From Thermodesulfobacteriota bacterium (lineage in GTDB: Bacteria; Desulfobacterota_D; UBA1144; Nemesobacterales; JAJCZQ01), in the NCBI GenBank assembly GCA_965203965.1, contig CBDBDR010000017.1, forward strand, positions 512,001 to 576,000: a stretch of 64,000 nt of DNA, in the 5' to 3' direction. The notes under the pieces were generated by a model. It saw nothing but the letters and a program-made list of their open reading frames with translations, had not been told where the DNA came from and searched no databases. Positions 31,571 through 41,389 of this stretch are shown in pieces; positions within the stretch are counted from its first letter, which is position 1, and every line of letters starts with the position of its first letter. The position numbers were made by a program, and so were the translations under genes.

Positions 31571-34252
31571 ATGTCGCAACAAAAAAACAAAGAAACAGCA
31601 CTTCAAGAAGAGATAGAGGACAGGGAATGGATAGAGTCTTTAGAAAACGTTCTTACAAGTTCGGGGCACGACAGAGTGCGAGATTTATTGAAAAAGCTAC
31701 AGGTATATTCGCAAAAAGCTGGTGTGACCGTTCCTTATACTGCTAACACACCATATATAAATACGATCCACGTCAACGATCAGCCGCCCTACCCAGGCAA
31801 TTTTAATCTTGAGAGGAGAATAAGGAACATTGTACGATGGAACGCAATGGCAATGGTCGTAAGGGCTAACAGGATAGATGAAAGTATAGGTGGACACATT
31901 TCTACCTACGCATCCTGTGCCACTTTGTTTGAAGTGGCTTTCAACCATTTCCTGAAAGCAAAAAATAAAGATCAGGACGGAGATATTGTGTATTTTCAAG
32001 GACACGCGGCTCCCGGCATATACTCACGAGCCTTTCTTGAAGGAAGGATCACACTTAAACAGATAAAGCATTACAGAAAGGAATTAACTTATAAAGATGG
32101 GCTGTCGTCATACCCTCATCCATGGCTTATGCCAGATTTTTGGGAATTTCCCACTGTTTCAATGGGGCTTTCACCTATCATGGCAATATATCAGGCAAGG
32201 TTCAACAGGTATCTTGAAGATAGGAAATTAAAAGAGAAAACAGACAGTAAGGTCTGGGTTTTTATGGGTGATGGTGAAACAGATGAGCCTGAATCACTTG
32301 GAGCAATAACCCTCGCATCAAGAGAAAATCTGGACAACCTGATATTTGTTGTAAATTGCAATTTGCAGAGGTTGGACGGGCCTGTAAGAGGAAACGGGAA
32401 TATAATACAGGAGCTTGAAAGAATATTCAGAGGCGCAGGCTGGAACGTTATTAAACTGATATGGGGAAATGACGTTGATCAGTTACTGGAAAACGACAAA
32501 GATGGACTACTTGTTAAAAGAATGGAGAGTGCTCTGGACGGTGATTACCAGAAATATACCGTTGCAGATGGGTCATACATAAGAGAGCATTTTTTTGGCA
32601 CACATCCAAAGCTAAAGGAACTTGTAAAATCATATTCAGACCAAGATCTTAAGAAACTGAGAAGAGGAGGGCATGATAGTGAAAAGGTCTATGCAGCATA
32701 TAAGGCAGCGGTAGACCATAAAAATTCACCAACTGTTATACTTGCAAAAACAATAAAAGGATATGGCTTGGGTGAAGCAGGAGAGGGCAGGAACGTTACC
32801 CACAATCAGAAAAAACTAAATGAACAGGAGTTAAAAAAATTCAGAACGCGTTTCAGCATACCTATATCCGATGAAGAAGTTGCGAGGGCACCTTTCTACA
32901 AGCCCGATGATAACAGTCCTGAAACTAAGTATTTAAAACAACAAAGGGAAAAACTCGGAGGGTATATCCCTACAAGAAAAGTATATGGAGAGCCAATAAA
33001 AAGTTTTAATGAAACAATATTTGACGAGTTTTACAAGGGATCGGGAAGCAGGCCTGTTGCAACTACAATGGCATACGTAAGAATGTTGTCAAAACTTCTC
33101 AGAGACAAACAAATAGGTAAGTTGATAGTGCCTATTATTCCTGATGAAGCAAGGTCTTTCGGTATGGAATCGCTCTTTAGGCAGGCAGGTATATATTCAC
33201 ATATAGGACAGTTGTATGAACCTGTTGACTCAGACAAGTTCCTTTATTATAAGGAAGCAAAAGACGGACAGATACTTGAGGAAGGGATCACTGAAGCAGG
33301 AGCCTTTTCATCATTTATAGCTGCTGGCACTGCTTATGCAACTCACGGCGTAAATACTATCCCATTTTTCATGTTTTACTCAATGTTCGGTTTCCAGAGA
33401 ATAGGGGATCTGATCTGGACGGGATTAGACATGAAATGTAAAGGATTTCTTATAGGCTGTACATCAGGTAAGAGTTCATTTGCGGGAGAGGGTTTGCAAC
33501 ATCAGGATGGAAGCAGCCATCACACTGCTTTTTCTTACCCTACAATAATGGCTTATGACCCTGCTTACGCCTATGAGTTTGCGGTTATTATCAAAGATGG
33601 CATAAAACGTATGTATATGGAATACCAGGATGTTTTTTATTATATAACGCTGCTCAACGAGATATATGAACAACCTCCAATGCCTGAAGGAGTGGAAGAA
33701 GGAATAATCAAAGGCATGTATTGCTTCAAAAAAAACAACGGGGAAAATTCTGGTAAACATGTAAATCTTCTCGGAAGCGGCGGTGTCTTGAATCAAGCTA
33801 TAGCTGCCTCAAAAATACTAGAAGAATACGGGGTTCTGGCGGATATTTGGAGCGTAACAAGCTACAAGGAACTTTACAAAGATGCACAGGACGTGGAAAG
33901 ATGGAACATTTTGAATGCAGATAAGGAGCCGAGAAAAAATTATATTGAACAATGCTTTGATAAAAAAGACGATGATACAATATACGTTGCGGTCTGCGAC
34001 TACATAAAAGCGGTTCCTGGTGCGGTCTCAAAATGGTTTGGCAAGAATTTTACGACACTTGGTACGGACGGGTTCGGCAGAAGTGATAACAGAGAGATGT
34101 TGAGATATCATTTTGAGGTCAATCCAGAATACATAGCCTATATAAGTCTGGTAGAACTTTACCGTAAAGGTGTAATTGATAAAAAATTGCTGGATAAAGC
34201 AAAGAAACGACTTAAAATAGACACTGATAAACCAAACCCAATATTTGTATAA
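31571..34252 (+). CDS. aceE: Pyruvate dehydrogenase E1, homodimeric type
   Basis: GGHISTYAS, LSSYPHPWLMPDFWEFPTVSMG, GDGETDE, NCNLQRLDGPV, GTDGFGRSD. Confidence 0.96.
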   Translation: MSQQKNKETALQEEIEDREWIESLENVLTSSGHDRVRDLLKKLQVYSQKAGVTVPYTANTPYINTIHVNDQPPYPGNFNLERRIRNIVRWNAMAMVVRANRIDESIGGHISTYASCATLFEVAFNHFLKAKNKDQDGDIVYFQGHAAPGIYSRAFLEGRITLKQIKHYRKELTYKDGLSSYPHPWLMPDFWEFPTVSMGLSPIMAIYQARFNRYLEDRKLKEKTDSKVWVFMGDGETDEPESLGAITLASRENLDNLIFVVNCNLQRLDGPVRGNGNIIQELERIFRGAGWNVIKLIWGNDVDQLLENDKDGLLVKRMESALDGDYQKYTVADGSYIREHFFGTHPKLKELVKSYSDQDLKKLRRGGHDSEKVYAAYKAAVDHKNSPTVILAKTIKGYGLGEAGEGRNVTHNQKKLNEQELKKFRTRFSIPISDEEVARAPFYKPDDNSPETKYLKQQREKLGGYIPTRKVYGEPIKSFNETIFDEFYKGSGSRPVATTMAYVRMLSKLLRDKQIGKLIVPIIPDEARSFGMESLFRQAGIYSHIGQLYEPVDSDKFLYYKEAKDGQILEEGITEAGAFSSFIAAGTAYATHGVNTIPFFMFYSMFGFQRIGDLIWTGLDMKCKGFLIGCTSGKSSFAGEGLQHQDGSSHHTAFSYPTIMAYDPAYAYEFAVIIKDGIKRMYMEYQDVFYYITLLNEIYEQPPMPEGVEEGIIKGMYCFKKNNGENSGKHVNLLGSGGVLNQAIAASKILEEYGVLADIWSVTSYKELYKDAQDVERWNILNADKEPRKNYIEQCFDKKDDDTIYVAVCDYIKAVPGAVSKWFGKNFTTLGTDGFGRSDNREMLRYHFEVNPEYIAYISLVELYRKGVIDKKLLDKAKKRLKIDTDKPNPIFV

Positions 34253-34261
34253 GGAGTTGTA

Positions 34262-35674
34262 ATGAATGATATAACCCTTCCTGAGATCGGTGAAGGAATA
34301 AAGCAAGCCTCAGTTGTAAACGTCTTTATATCTCATGGAGACTCAATACAAAAGGAACAGCCGGTAATAGAAATAGAGACAGACAAGGCTGCCATTGAAC
34401 TTCCATCCCCCTATGACGGAACAGTCAGTGAGGTGGCTGTAAAAGTAGGTGATACCATAGGTATTGGGCAACTCATAGCAAAAATTAATGATGAAGCGGT
34501 AAATGGCAAGGAAAAACCCACTGAAAAAGCAAAAGAAAAAAAAGCTACCGAGCCGACAACAGTAGAAATAGCAGAAAATGAAGCAGTAAATGGCAAGGAA
34601 AAGCCCACCAAAAAAGCAAAAGAGAAAAAAGCTACCGAGCCAACAATAGAAACAGATCAAGAGATAACTAAGGAAGTTAAACCTGAAAATAAAGAAGTTC
34701 AAGAACATGATAAACAGAGCGACTTGAAACCAATTATTGATAAAGATGAGAAAAAAGTCTCTGTTCCAGCTTCTCCTTCCACGCGTAAATTGGCACGACA
34801 ACTTGGAATTGACATTGGTCGGGTATCAGGAACTGGGCCCGGAGGTAGAATTTCAACTGAGGACGTCATAAAACACGCTAAAAATATAATAAGTAGCTAT
34901 GACCAACAAACGTCAACTCACAGGGGAGCTTACATACCAAATCTTCCAGATCTTCCTGATTTTAACAAATGGGGAAAGATAGAGACGGTAAAAATGAACA
35001 CAGTAAGAAGGCTCACAGCAGACAATCTTTCAATGGCGTGGACGATCCCGCATGTTACGCAGCACGATAAAGTAGACATTACAGAACTGGATGAGCTTAG
35101 AAAGAAAAACAAGCAGAAGGCGAAGGAAGCAGGAGGAAATCTAACGATCACACCGATCCTAATAAAGGTCGTTGCCTCAGCGTTGAAGGTTTTTCCTGAA
35201 TTTAATGCAAGCATAGACATAGAGAACAACAATATAATTTACAAACATTTTTACAATATCGGCTTTGCCGTTGATACCGATAGAGGGCTTTTTGTACCAA
35301 ACATAAGAAACGCAAATCAAAAAAACATAATAGAGATCGCCGCGGAATTATCAGATATATCAAACAGAGTGAGAAATAAAAAAATAACACCAGATGAATT
35401 AAAAGGCAGCACATTTACCGTCAGTAATCTTGGAGGTGTGGGAGGAACTTATTTTTCACCCATAATATACTATCCGGATGTTGCAATCCTCGGTGTCTCA
35501 CAATCAACTATTGAACCAGTTTATATAAACGGGGCGTTTGAGCCGAGATTGATGATGCCTTTGTCACTCTCCTATGACCACAGAATAATTGACGGTGTAG
35601 CTGCTGCTACGTTTCTTAGATGGTTGGTAAGAGCACTTGAAGAACCTTTCAAAATTCTTTTTGAAGGACACTAA
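34262..35674 (+). CDS. aceF: Dihydrolipoamide acetyltransferase E2 (single lipoyl domain)
   Basis: ETDKA lipoyl motif, ASPSTRKLAR E3-binding domain, DHRIIDG. Confidence 0.92.
   Translation: MNDITLPEIGEGIKQASVVNVFISHGDSIQKEQPVIEIETDKAAIELPSPYDGTVSEVAVKVGDTIGIGQLIAKINDEAVNGKEKPTEKAKEKKATEPTTVEIAENEAVNGKEKPTKKAKEKKATEPTIETDQEITKEVKPENKEVQEHDKQSDLKPIIDKDEKKVSVPASPSTRKLARQLGIDIGRVSGTGPGGRISTEDVIKHAKNIISSYDQQTSTHRGAYIPNLPDLPDFNKWGKIETVKMNTVRRLTADNLSMAWTIPHVTQHDKVDITELDELRKKNKQKAKEAGGNLTITPILIKVVASALKVFPEFNASIDIENNNIIYKHFYNIGFAVDTDRGLFVPNIRNANQKNIIEIAAELSDISNRVRNKKITPDELKGSTFTVSNLGGVGGTYFSPIIYYPDVAILGVSQSTIEPVYINGAFEPRLMMPLSLSYDHRIIDGVAAATFLRWLVRALEEPFKILFEGH
34491..34645 (+). repeat. 87-bp imperfect tandem duplication in the aceF linker
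   Basis: ATGAAGCGGTAAATGGCAAGG at 34491 and ATGAAGCAGTAAATGGCAAGG at 34578; encodes EAVNGKEKPT(E/K)KAKEKKATEPT twice. Confidence 0.9.
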
Positions 35675-37080
35675 TGAGCATAAAGACACAGCTTGCAATA
35701 ATCGGTGCAGGGCCAGGTGGTTATCCCGCGGCTTTCAGAGCAGCAGATCTGGGAATTGAAGTTACACTTATAGACCGTGAGGAGAACCCAGGAGGCGTGT
35801 GTCTTTACCGTGGATGTATACCATCAAAAACACTACTTCACGTTGCAAAAGTCATAAATGAATCCAAACACGCAGAAAAACTCGGTATAACTTACGCCAA
35901 ACCTACAATAGACGTGAAAAAAGTGGCAAAATGGAAAGATGAAGTTGTAGCCAAGCTAACGGCAGGAACTGGTTTTTTGGTGAAAAAGAGAAAGATCAAT
36001 TATATAAAAGGAAATGCAATACTCAGTGATACTCAAACAATAGAAGTTACAAAGCAAAAAGGGGATAAGGAAACTATCAGCTTTGAAAACTGTATTATCG
36101 CAACGGGATCCAGACCGAGTGATATACCGGGAATAAAAGTTGACAATAAAAAAATACTCAATTCAAAAGGTGCTTTAGACCTTGAAAAGGTGCCGAAAGA
36201 ACTATTGGTCGTGGGAGGTGGATACATAGGACTTGAAATGGGAACGGTGTATTCAGCACTCGGGTCAAACGTTACAGTAGTGGAAATGCTTGATTCCATA
36301 CTTGAGACAGTAGATAAAGACCTATCCAACATTCTTCATAAAAAATTAGAGAAGGAATTTAAATCAATTCTGCTTGGGACAAAAGTGCTTGAAGTCAACA
36401 ATACGAAGCGGGGTTTGAAGGTAACATTTGAAAACAAAGGAGACGGTATTTTTGAACGTGAATACGACAAAATACTCATATCAGTAGGACGAAAACCTAA
36501 CATTGACGGTCTTGGTCTTGAGAATACAAACGTAAAAATAAGCAAAGAAGGTTTTATTCAAACAGATCAGCAGAGAAGAACAAATGAGCCTAATATCTAT
36601 GCGGTTGGGGACGTGGCAGGCGAACCAATGCTTGCTCACAAGGCTACACATGAAGGTAGAGTGGCTGCCGAGGTTATTGCCGGCAAAGACGTTGCATACG
36701 ATGCCTCCTCTGTACCAGCGGTAATTTTTACAGACCCTGAAATTGCATGGTGCGGATTAACCGAAGAAGAGGCAAAGGAAAAAAACATTGATGTAAAAGT
36801 AACTAAATTCCCCTGGGGGGCATCTGGCAAAGCAACCATCCTTGATAGAACAGATGGATTGACAAAACTGGTTTTTGAAACTGAAACTGAGCGGTTGCTT
36901 GGTGTCGGAATAGTAGGAGCAGGAGCAGGAGAGCTTATATCTGAGGGAGTGCTTGCAGTGGAAATGGGGTCTCTTGTGTCTGACATATCACTGTCCATAC
37001 ACCCGCACCCAACCCTTACCGAAACCTTTATGGAAGCGGCGGAAATGTTTCATGGAAACAGCACACATTTAATAAGATAA
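35674..37080 (+). CDS. lpdA: Dihydrolipoyl dehydrogenase (copy 2, PDH operon)
   Basis: GAGPGG, GGVCLYRGCIPSK, MLAHKA, HPHPTLTE. Confidence 0.94.
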   Translation: MSIKTQLAIIGAGPGGYPAAFRAADLGIEVTLIDREENPGGVCLYRGCIPSKTLLHVAKVINESKHAEKLGITYAKPTIDVKKVAKWKDEVVAKLTAGTGFLVKKRKINYIKGNAILSDTQTIEVTKQKGDKETISFENCIIATGSRPSDIPGIKVDNKKILNSKGALDLEKVPKELLVVGGGYIGLEMGTVYSALGSNVTVVEMLDSILETVDKDLSNILHKKLEKEFKSILLGTKVLEVNNTKRGLKVTFENKGDGIFEREYDKILISVGRKPNIDGLGLENTNVKISKEGFIQTDQQRRTNEPNIYAVGDVAGEPMLAHKATHEGRVAAEVIAGKDVAYDASSVPAVIFTDPEIAWCGLTEEEAKEKNIDVKVTKFPWGASGKATILDRTDGLTKLVFETETERLLGVGIVGAGAGELISEGVLAVEMGSLVSDISLSIHPHPTLTETFMEAAEMFHGNSTHLIR

Positions 37081-37082
37081 AA

Positions 37083-37436
37083 TTGAGCGAGCTTGCTATG
37101 GAAATTCTCATATCTATGAAAGCCGACGACATGAACAGAACAAAGTTCCGCAATCTTCAGATGGATATGCCTGCAACTCAGGTTAATGGTCACTTTGTGG
37201 CTGAAATTAGAGAGTCGGACGACAAAACCATCAATTTACTTAAAAGATACGGGGAAATACTGCTGAAAAAGCTCAACAAAGGTGGAAACTATGCAGTGGA
37301 ATATACTGATATAGGTTTTAAGTTGAAAAAGCAGGTTGATAGTGAAAAAGACTACATGGAAGAATGGGAAAAATGGGTGGAATTCTCCAGAGAACTTTAC
37401 GAGGAACTTGAAGCATTTTTTGAGGAAGAAAACTGA
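37083..37436 (+). CDS. Hypothetical protein
   Basis: 117-aa ORF filling the gap between lpdA and ileS; start uncertain. Confidence 0.6.
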   Translation: MSELAMEILISMKADDMNRTKFRNLQMDMPATQVNGHFVAEIRESDDKTINLLKRYGEILLKKLNKGGNYAVEYTDIGFKLKKQVDSEKDYMEEWEKWVEFSRELYEELEAFFEEEN

Positions 37437-37463
37437 ATTTTACTGCATTTGACCTATAAATGA

Positions 37464-40409
37464 ATGATGTCTAAAAAAGAAAAAACAAATTACAAAAACA
37501 GTTTGAACCTTCCTAAAACCAGCTTTTCAATGAAAGCTAATCTAATTCATAAAGAACCCGATATGCAGAAAATATGGGATCGGGAAAACCTGTATGAAAA
37601 TATAAGAAAACAGTCTGCTGGTAGAAATAAATTCATCTTTCACGATGGCCCCCCTTATGCAAACGGTCCAATTCACCTTGGACACCTTTTGAACAAAGTC
37701 CTTAAAGACTTCGTGGTAAGATCAAAGACAATGGAAGGGTATGATGTGGATTTTGTTCCCGGATGGGATTGTCATGGGCTCCCCATTGAGCATAAAGTCC
37801 TTAAAGACTTGAGAGATAAGGCAAAAAATTACACTAAACTGCAGATCAGGAACAAATGCCAAAGTTATGCGAGCAAATTTGTAAAAATACAATCAAAGCA
37901 GATGAAGAGGCTCGGGACAATTGGTAATTATAATGACCCTTACATGACCATGGTTTCTGGGTATGAGGTGGGCGTTTTAGAAGTATTTGCATCTCTCATG
38001 GATAACGGTCTTGTTTATAGAGATTTGAAACCTGTCCATTGGTCAATTGAAAACCAGACCGCTCTTGCAGATGCAGAACTTGAATACTATGAAAGAACAG
38101 ATAAAAGTGCATTTGTCCTTTTTCGTATAAATCAAACTGAAAATCTACCCGAGTCGTTAAATGCTTCATCGGAAGACACTTTTTTAATGATATGGACAAC
38201 AACGCCCTGGACGCTCCCGGCAAACCTCGCAGTTGCTGTTTCACCAATAGGTAATTACGGCTTATACGAGTTAAATCACAAGGGAAAGAAGGTTTTTGCA
38301 GTTCTATCCGAGTTACTTGCTGAAAAGGTGCTTGCCAAAGTAGGTGTCAGTAAATTCAAAAAGATCGGAAGCTGTACGGGAAAAGAACTTGTTGAAAGCA
38401 CCATTACTTATGACCATCCATTTGCGGGAAGGGATGGAGTTGTTGTAAGTGCAGAATACGTTACTTTTGAGGATGGAACAGGACTTGTTCACATTGCCCC
38501 GGGGCATGGAATTGAGGATTATCAGACCGGATTGAAAGAAGGGCTGGATGTTTACTGTCCCGTTCTGGCCGACGGCACATTTGATGAAACCGTCCCAGAT
38601 TGGCTTCAAGGTGTAGACGTCTGGAAAGGCAATCAATCGGTAATTGATAGTTTAAAGCAAAGTGAAAACCTGTTTTTTGAAGAGGAATACACACACAGCT
38701 ATCCACACGACTGGCGTAGCAAAACACCGACGATCTTCAGGGCTGCTGAACAGTGGTTCATAAACGTGGATAAACCTTATGGCAAAGATAAGAGGACGCT
38801 GAGAGAAAAAGCGATTGAAAGTGCTACAAACGAGATCAAATTCTTTCCTGAATGGGGAAAAAACAGGTTAAAAGGCATGCTTGAAGCACGACCAGACTGG
38901 TGTATATCAAGGCAACGATCATGGGGGTTGCCAATACCTTATTTTGTTAATGATGAGGGAGAATATCTCTTAACGGCAAAGATTGTAAAGCTGATCACCT
39001 CCAGAATAGCTGAAAAAGGGTCTAACGTGTGGTTTTTAGAAGATGCCGCAAATATGCTTGAGGGTTATGATCCTCTAGATGATCCTGACGCTCCAGATTG
39101 GATAAAAGAAAATCCTGAATTGGTGAAAAACGGCTTAAAGAAGGGGACGGATATATTTGACGTGTGGTTTGAATCTGGATCTTCATGGAAGGCAGTTCTT
39201 AAACATCCAGATAGAAATATAGGCTATCCAGCAGACCTTTATCTTGAAGGCTCTGACCAGCATCGTGGCTGGTTCCAGTCATCATTGCTCACTGCTATTG
39301 GAGCAACAGATATACCTCCATTCAAAGCACTCCTTACTCATGGTTTCATGGTTGATGCAGATGGCAAAAAGATGAGCAAATCCGGCGGCAATGCATTAGA
39401 GGTAGACGAACTATTAAAAAACTATGGGGCAGATATATGCAGGTGGTGGGTCAGCACGCTAAAATACTCCAACGATATAAAAACGGATTGGAAATACTTC
39501 AAAGTCGCAGCCGATGAATACAGAAAGATCAGGAATACAATAAGATTCTTATTGGGTAATACGAGTGATTTTGATCCCGTAAAAGATAAAATCATATTTA
39601 CTGATGAAGACAGATTTTCCATTGATTACTGGGTTTATGCCAATCTTTCAAAATTTGTTTTGGAAGCTAAAAAAGCCTATAGTGAATTTGATTATAAACG
39701 TGTTAGTGAACTAACGTTTAACTTCTGCAGTGATACATTAAGTTCGGTTTATCTGGCAGCTATAAAAGACAGGCTGTATTGTGATAAAAGGAACAGCAGG
39801 CGCCGCAGACGCTCGCAGACAGTTATGTATGAAATAGCAGACAGTTTAATAAGACTGCTTGCTCCCATACTTGTAACCACGGCTGATGAAGCATATAGGT
39901 GTCTTGGTGAACTACGTGGAACTGATGAAGTAAAAAGTGTACATCTTACTGAATTTCCTACCATTCCTAGTATTGAACTTGATAACGTCTGGAATGAAAT
40001 TTTCAGCATAAGAAACGAATCCCTCAAGGAACTTGAAAAAACCAAAAATGACGGGGTCTCAAATCCATTGGATGCTGGTATTAAGGTGAGTTTTAACACT
40101 GATTTTTTTAACACTGATTTCTTTAGTATCATAAAACCTTATGAGCCTGAACTTGCCGATCTTTGTGGAGTAAGTCGTTTCAATGTTGTTACAATCACGC
40201 CAAAGGTTATTAAAGGTGGTCATGCAATCACGCCAAAGGTTATTAAAGGTGGTCATGCAATCACGCCAAAGGTTATTAGCGTTGAAGTTTATAGTTTAAC
40301 TACAGAGGTTCGGTGTGAAAGGTCATGGAAACGTGACGAAACTGTAAAACAAAGAGCAGATGGTGGAATGCTCAGCGATAGAGATGCCGAGGCAATTGAA
40401 ATTAATTAA
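37464..40409 (+). CDS. ileS: Isoleucine--tRNA ligase
   Basis: HDGPPYANGPIHLGH, GWDCHGLPIE, WTTTPWT, DWCISRQR, EGSDQHRGWF, KMSKS. Confidence 0.96.
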   Translation: MMSKKEKTNYKNSLNLPKTSFSMKANLIHKEPDMQKIWDRENLYENIRKQSAGRNKFIFHDGPPYANGPIHLGHLLNKVLKDFVVRSKTMEGYDVDFVPGWDCHGLPIEHKVLKDLRDKAKNYTKLQIRNKCQSYASKFVKIQSKQMKRLGTIGNYNDPYMTMVSGYEVGVLEVFASLMDNGLVYRDLKPVHWSIENQTALADAELEYYERTDKSAFVLFRINQTENLPESLNASSEDTFLMIWTTTPWTLPANLAVAVSPIGNYGLYELNHKGKKVFAVLSELLAEKVLAKVGVSKFKKIGSCTGKELVESTITYDHPFAGRDGVVVSAEYVTFEDGTGLVHIAPGHGIEDYQTGLKEGLDVYCPVLADGTFDETVPDWLQGVDVWKGNQSVIDSLKQSENLFFEEEYTHSYPHDWRSKTPTIFRAAEQWFINVDKPYGKDKRTLREKAIESATNEIKFFPEWGKNRLKGMLEARPDWCISRQRSWGLPIPYFVNDEGEYLLTAKIVKLITSRIAEKGSNVWFLEDAANMLEGYDPLDDPDAPDWIKENPELVKNGLKKGTDIFDVWFESGSSWKAVLKHPDRNIGYPADLYLEGSDQHRGWFQSSLLTAIGATDIPPFKALLTHGFMVDADGKKMSKSGGNALEVDELLKNYGADICRWWVSTLKYSNDIKTDWKYFKVAADEYRKIRNTIRFLLGNTSDFDPVKDKIIFTDEDRFSIDYWVYANLSKFVLEAKKAYSEFDYKRVSELTFNFCSDTLSSVYLAAIKDRLYCDKRNSRRRRRSQTVMYEIADSLIRLLAPILVTTADEAYRCLGELRGTDEVKSVHLTEFPTIPSIELDNVWNEIFSIRNESLKELEKTKNDGVSNPLDAGIKVSFNTDFFNTDFFSIIKPYEPELADLCGVSRFNVVTITPKVIKGGHAITPKVIKGGHAITPKVISVEVYSLTTEVRCERSWKRDETVKQRADGGMLSDRDAEAIEIN
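40091..40120 (+). repeat. 15-bp perfect tandem duplication in ileS
   Basis: TTTTAACACTGATTT x2 (FNTDF FNTDF). Confidence 0.9.
40192..40278 (+). repeat. 33-bp perfect tandem repeat (~2.6 copies) in ileS
   Basis: CAATCACGCCAAAGGTTATTAAAGGTGGTCATG at 40192 and 40225, partial copy at 40258 (ITPKVIKGGHA). Confidence 0.95.
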
Positions 40410-40413
40410 GGTT

Positions 40414-40755
40414 TTATCCGGGTGGCCAGGTCATTTTTCGTCCACCTAAAAGATGAAAATGAAGATGAAAGACGCTCTGACCAGCATCTGAATTTATATT
40501 TGTTACCACGCGATAGCCACTTTCCTCAATTCCTTCCTGCCTTGCTATTTCTGACGTTTTAACCATTAAATGCCCTAAAATTTCCAGATCCTCGCTTTCT
40601 GCCGTAGCCAAAGATACAATCTCTTTCTTCGGTATTACAAGAATGTGAACGGGTGCCTGCGGCTTTATATCCCTGAATGCAAGGCATATATCATCCTCGT
40701 AAACTATATCAGCGGAAATCTCTCTATTTATTATCTGCCTAAATATTGTACTCAT
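40414..40755 (-). CDS. Histidine triad (HIT) nucleotide-binding protein
   Basis: AFRDIKPQAPVHILVIPK, GQSVFHLHFHLLGGR. Confidence 0.93.
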   Translation of the reverse strand: MSTIFRQIINREISADIVYEDDICLAFRDIKPQAPVHILVIPKKEIVSLATAESEDLEILGHLMVKTSEIARQEGIEESGYRVVTNINSDAGQSVFHLHFHLLGGRKMTWPPG

Positions 40756-40922
40756 TGAATTGATTTACCCTTTGAATGAGAAGTAAACAATACATTAAAA
40801 TTGACAAATTTGTTATTGAGATTTTCTTTAACAAAATTTAATAAATTAGGTTAAGTTTAATATTATTCAATAATAACAATGTATTATACTTTATTTTTAA
40901 TATATTACTCTAACTATATTAA

Positions 40923-40950
40923 ATGGCTGATAAGATATATTATGTAAACT
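40923..40950 (+). other. Putative dif site (XerC/XerD chromosome dimer resolution)
   Basis: ATGGCTGATAA-GATATA-TTATGTAAACT: 11-6-11 architecture, ATAA/TTAT inverted core, right arm close to the E. coli XerD arm TTATGTTAAAT; AT-rich intergenic position at a strand-bias switch. Confidence 0.75.
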
Positions 40951-41044
40951 ATATTTTTATTAACAAAAAAACCATAATCTTGAACAAACTTATCTCAGAG
41001 ATTATAATTAACTCTATTCCCACAATTACTTATGGAGATACAAA

Positions 41045-41389
41045 ATGCCCATATATGAATATCAATGTCAACAGTGTGAATACATGTTTGAGGAAATACA
41101 GGGATTCAATGACGAACCAATAAGAAAATGTCCGAAATGCAAAAAAAATAAGGTTACAAGATTAATATCCCTTTCAGCTTTTCATCTGCAGGGATCAGGC
41201 TGGTATGAAACTGATTACGGTAAAAAAAAGAAAGCTTCAACTGGTCCATCTCCATCCAAAAAAGAAAAAACTGGAGATACTGCCACGGAAACCGTAACAT
41301 CCGGAACACCTGATGGAGAGTCTTCTTCCGCTACTATTGATTCAATAAAAAAGGACACTGCCAAAGCCAAAGGATCAAAAGTTATATGA
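41045..41389 (+). CDS. FmdB-family zinc-ribbon protein
   Basis: MPIYEYQCQQC...CPKC...GSGWYETDY. Confidence 0.9.
   Translation: MPIYEYQCQQCEYMFEEIQGFNDEPIRKCPKCKKNKVTRLISLSAFHLQGSGWYETDYGKKKKASTGPSPSKKEKTGDTATETVTSGTPDGESSSATIDSIKKDTAKAKGSKVI

Noticed and set aside
40192..40278. 33-bp repeats as a CRISPR array
   Set aside because: No unique spacers, in-frame within ileS, and no cas genes; the same applies to the 129-bp repeats
40923..41123. 66-aa ORF starting MADKIYYVNY
   Set aside because: It reads through the dif-like site and AT-rich DNA and overlaps the FmdB gene out of frame
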